A stretch of 64,000 nt of DNA from Candidatus Binataceae bacterium (lineage in GTDB: Bacteria; Desulfobacterota; Binatia; Binatales; Binataceae). This document shows, piece after piece, positions 63,674-64,000 of the stretch. The notes beneath the pieces were generated by a model. It was given only the letters and a program-made list of their open reading frames with translations, had not been told where the DNA came from and made no database searches. A program made the translations under genes and the position numbers. Each line of letters opens with the position of its first letter. Positions within the stretch are counted from its first letter, which is position 1. The DNA lies in NCBI GenBank assembly GCA_035533435.1, contig DATLTX010000058.1, forward strand, positions 27 through 64,026, in the 5' to 3' direction.

Positions 63674-63689
63674 TGGCACGATTCGCGCA
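63674..63689 (+). promoter_or_regulatory. candidate sigma54 promoter divergent from bEBP gene
   Basis: TGGCACGattcgcGCa. -24 perfect, -12 GC only. 22 nt upstream of ATG 63711. Confidence 0.35.
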
Positions 63690-63710
63690 TCCCATGATTG
63701 CGTAGAGTAT

Positions 63711-64000
63711 ATGCAAGCCGCGCGAAAACGAACAGTGACCGATCAGGTGGCTACAACACACCATCTTGTTCGGGGCCGAGCCGCAAAACGCGGCGGGCAG
63801 GAGTTGGAGGCGGGGCTTGGACCGACCTTGGTCGTGCTGTCCGAAGACGACTCGGTACTGGCAATCGTCGGCGAGGCCGACTTTCGCAATTGGCGTGTCG
63901 AAGGCCACGGCGCATCGCCAGACGGCCGCGATCTACTGACCCTTCCAAATATCAGGTTGGTCATCTTCGATGACGAGAAGGTCGAGTTGAGCGATCGCGG
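63711..64000 (+). CDS. hypothetical protein, 5' partial (runs off window end)
   Basis: Open frame from ATG 63711 to the window end with no stop (MQAARKRTVTDQV...LVIFDDEKVELSDR). It is missed by the ORF track and is preceded by a sigma54-like promoter. Confidence 0.3.
   Translation, partial: MQAARKRTVTDQVATTHHLVRGRAAKRGGQELEAGLGPTLVVLSEDDSVLAIVGEADFRNWRVEGHGASPDGRDLLTLPNIRLVIFDDEKVELSDR

Overview
This is a high-GC (roughly 65-70%) bacterial chromosomal segment that is gene-dense on both strands. I found no rRNA, tRNA, CRISPR, transposase or integrase signals. Many long antisense ORFs in the track are GC-driven shadow ORFs and are not called.

The first ~14 kb is ordinary housekeeping and carbohydrate metabolism. 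It holds an MsbA-like ABC exporter, an MFS transporter, a secreted Kelch-repeat protein, an amylo-alpha-1,6-glucosidase (glycogen debranching enzyme), a GT4 glycosyltransferase, a methyltransferase, a VOC protein, an AraC regulator and a glycogen phosphorylase.

From ~14 kb to the end the window reads as one coherent stress/energy-conservation island. Ten operon-start regions each carry a sequence matching the RpoN -24/-12 promoter consensus (TGGCAC-N5-TTGCW, GG-N10-GC spacing), and a sigma54 enhancer-binding protein is encoded at 61993..63498. The apparent transcription units are as follows.

- A ~13-15 kb minus-strand unit, phosphoketolase - acetate kinase - alpha-glucan phosphorylase - complete N-type ATPase operon (atpD-C-Q-R-B-E-F-A-G, no delta gene, c subunit with two membrane carboxylates), possibly continuing into an amidohydrolase and a GST.
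- A divergent unit, CBS protein - unannotated desulforedoxin-like 46-aa ORF - Zn/Mn ABC transporter.
- A membrane-fusion-protein/ABC-2 efflux operon.
- A respiratory module: porin - two small cytochromes c - GltD-like FeS flavoprotein - Rieske - cytochrome b - tetrahaem cytochrome c.
- A ferritin-like diiron protein with a small partner protein.
- Two paralogous Usp+CBS fusion genes whose promoters share the identical 12-nt motif CGATGGCACGAC.
- A DUF1329-like protein plus a secreted propeller-like protein.
- A 7-gene plus-strand operon: CBS - Zn-ribbon - P-type ATPase - cytochrome c - PRTase - beta-CASP MBL - thymidine/AMP-phosphorylase-like.

Several start codons in the ORF track are too far upstream and are corrected here using RBS and overlap evidence. 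All homology statements are made by eye from motifs. No database search was possible.
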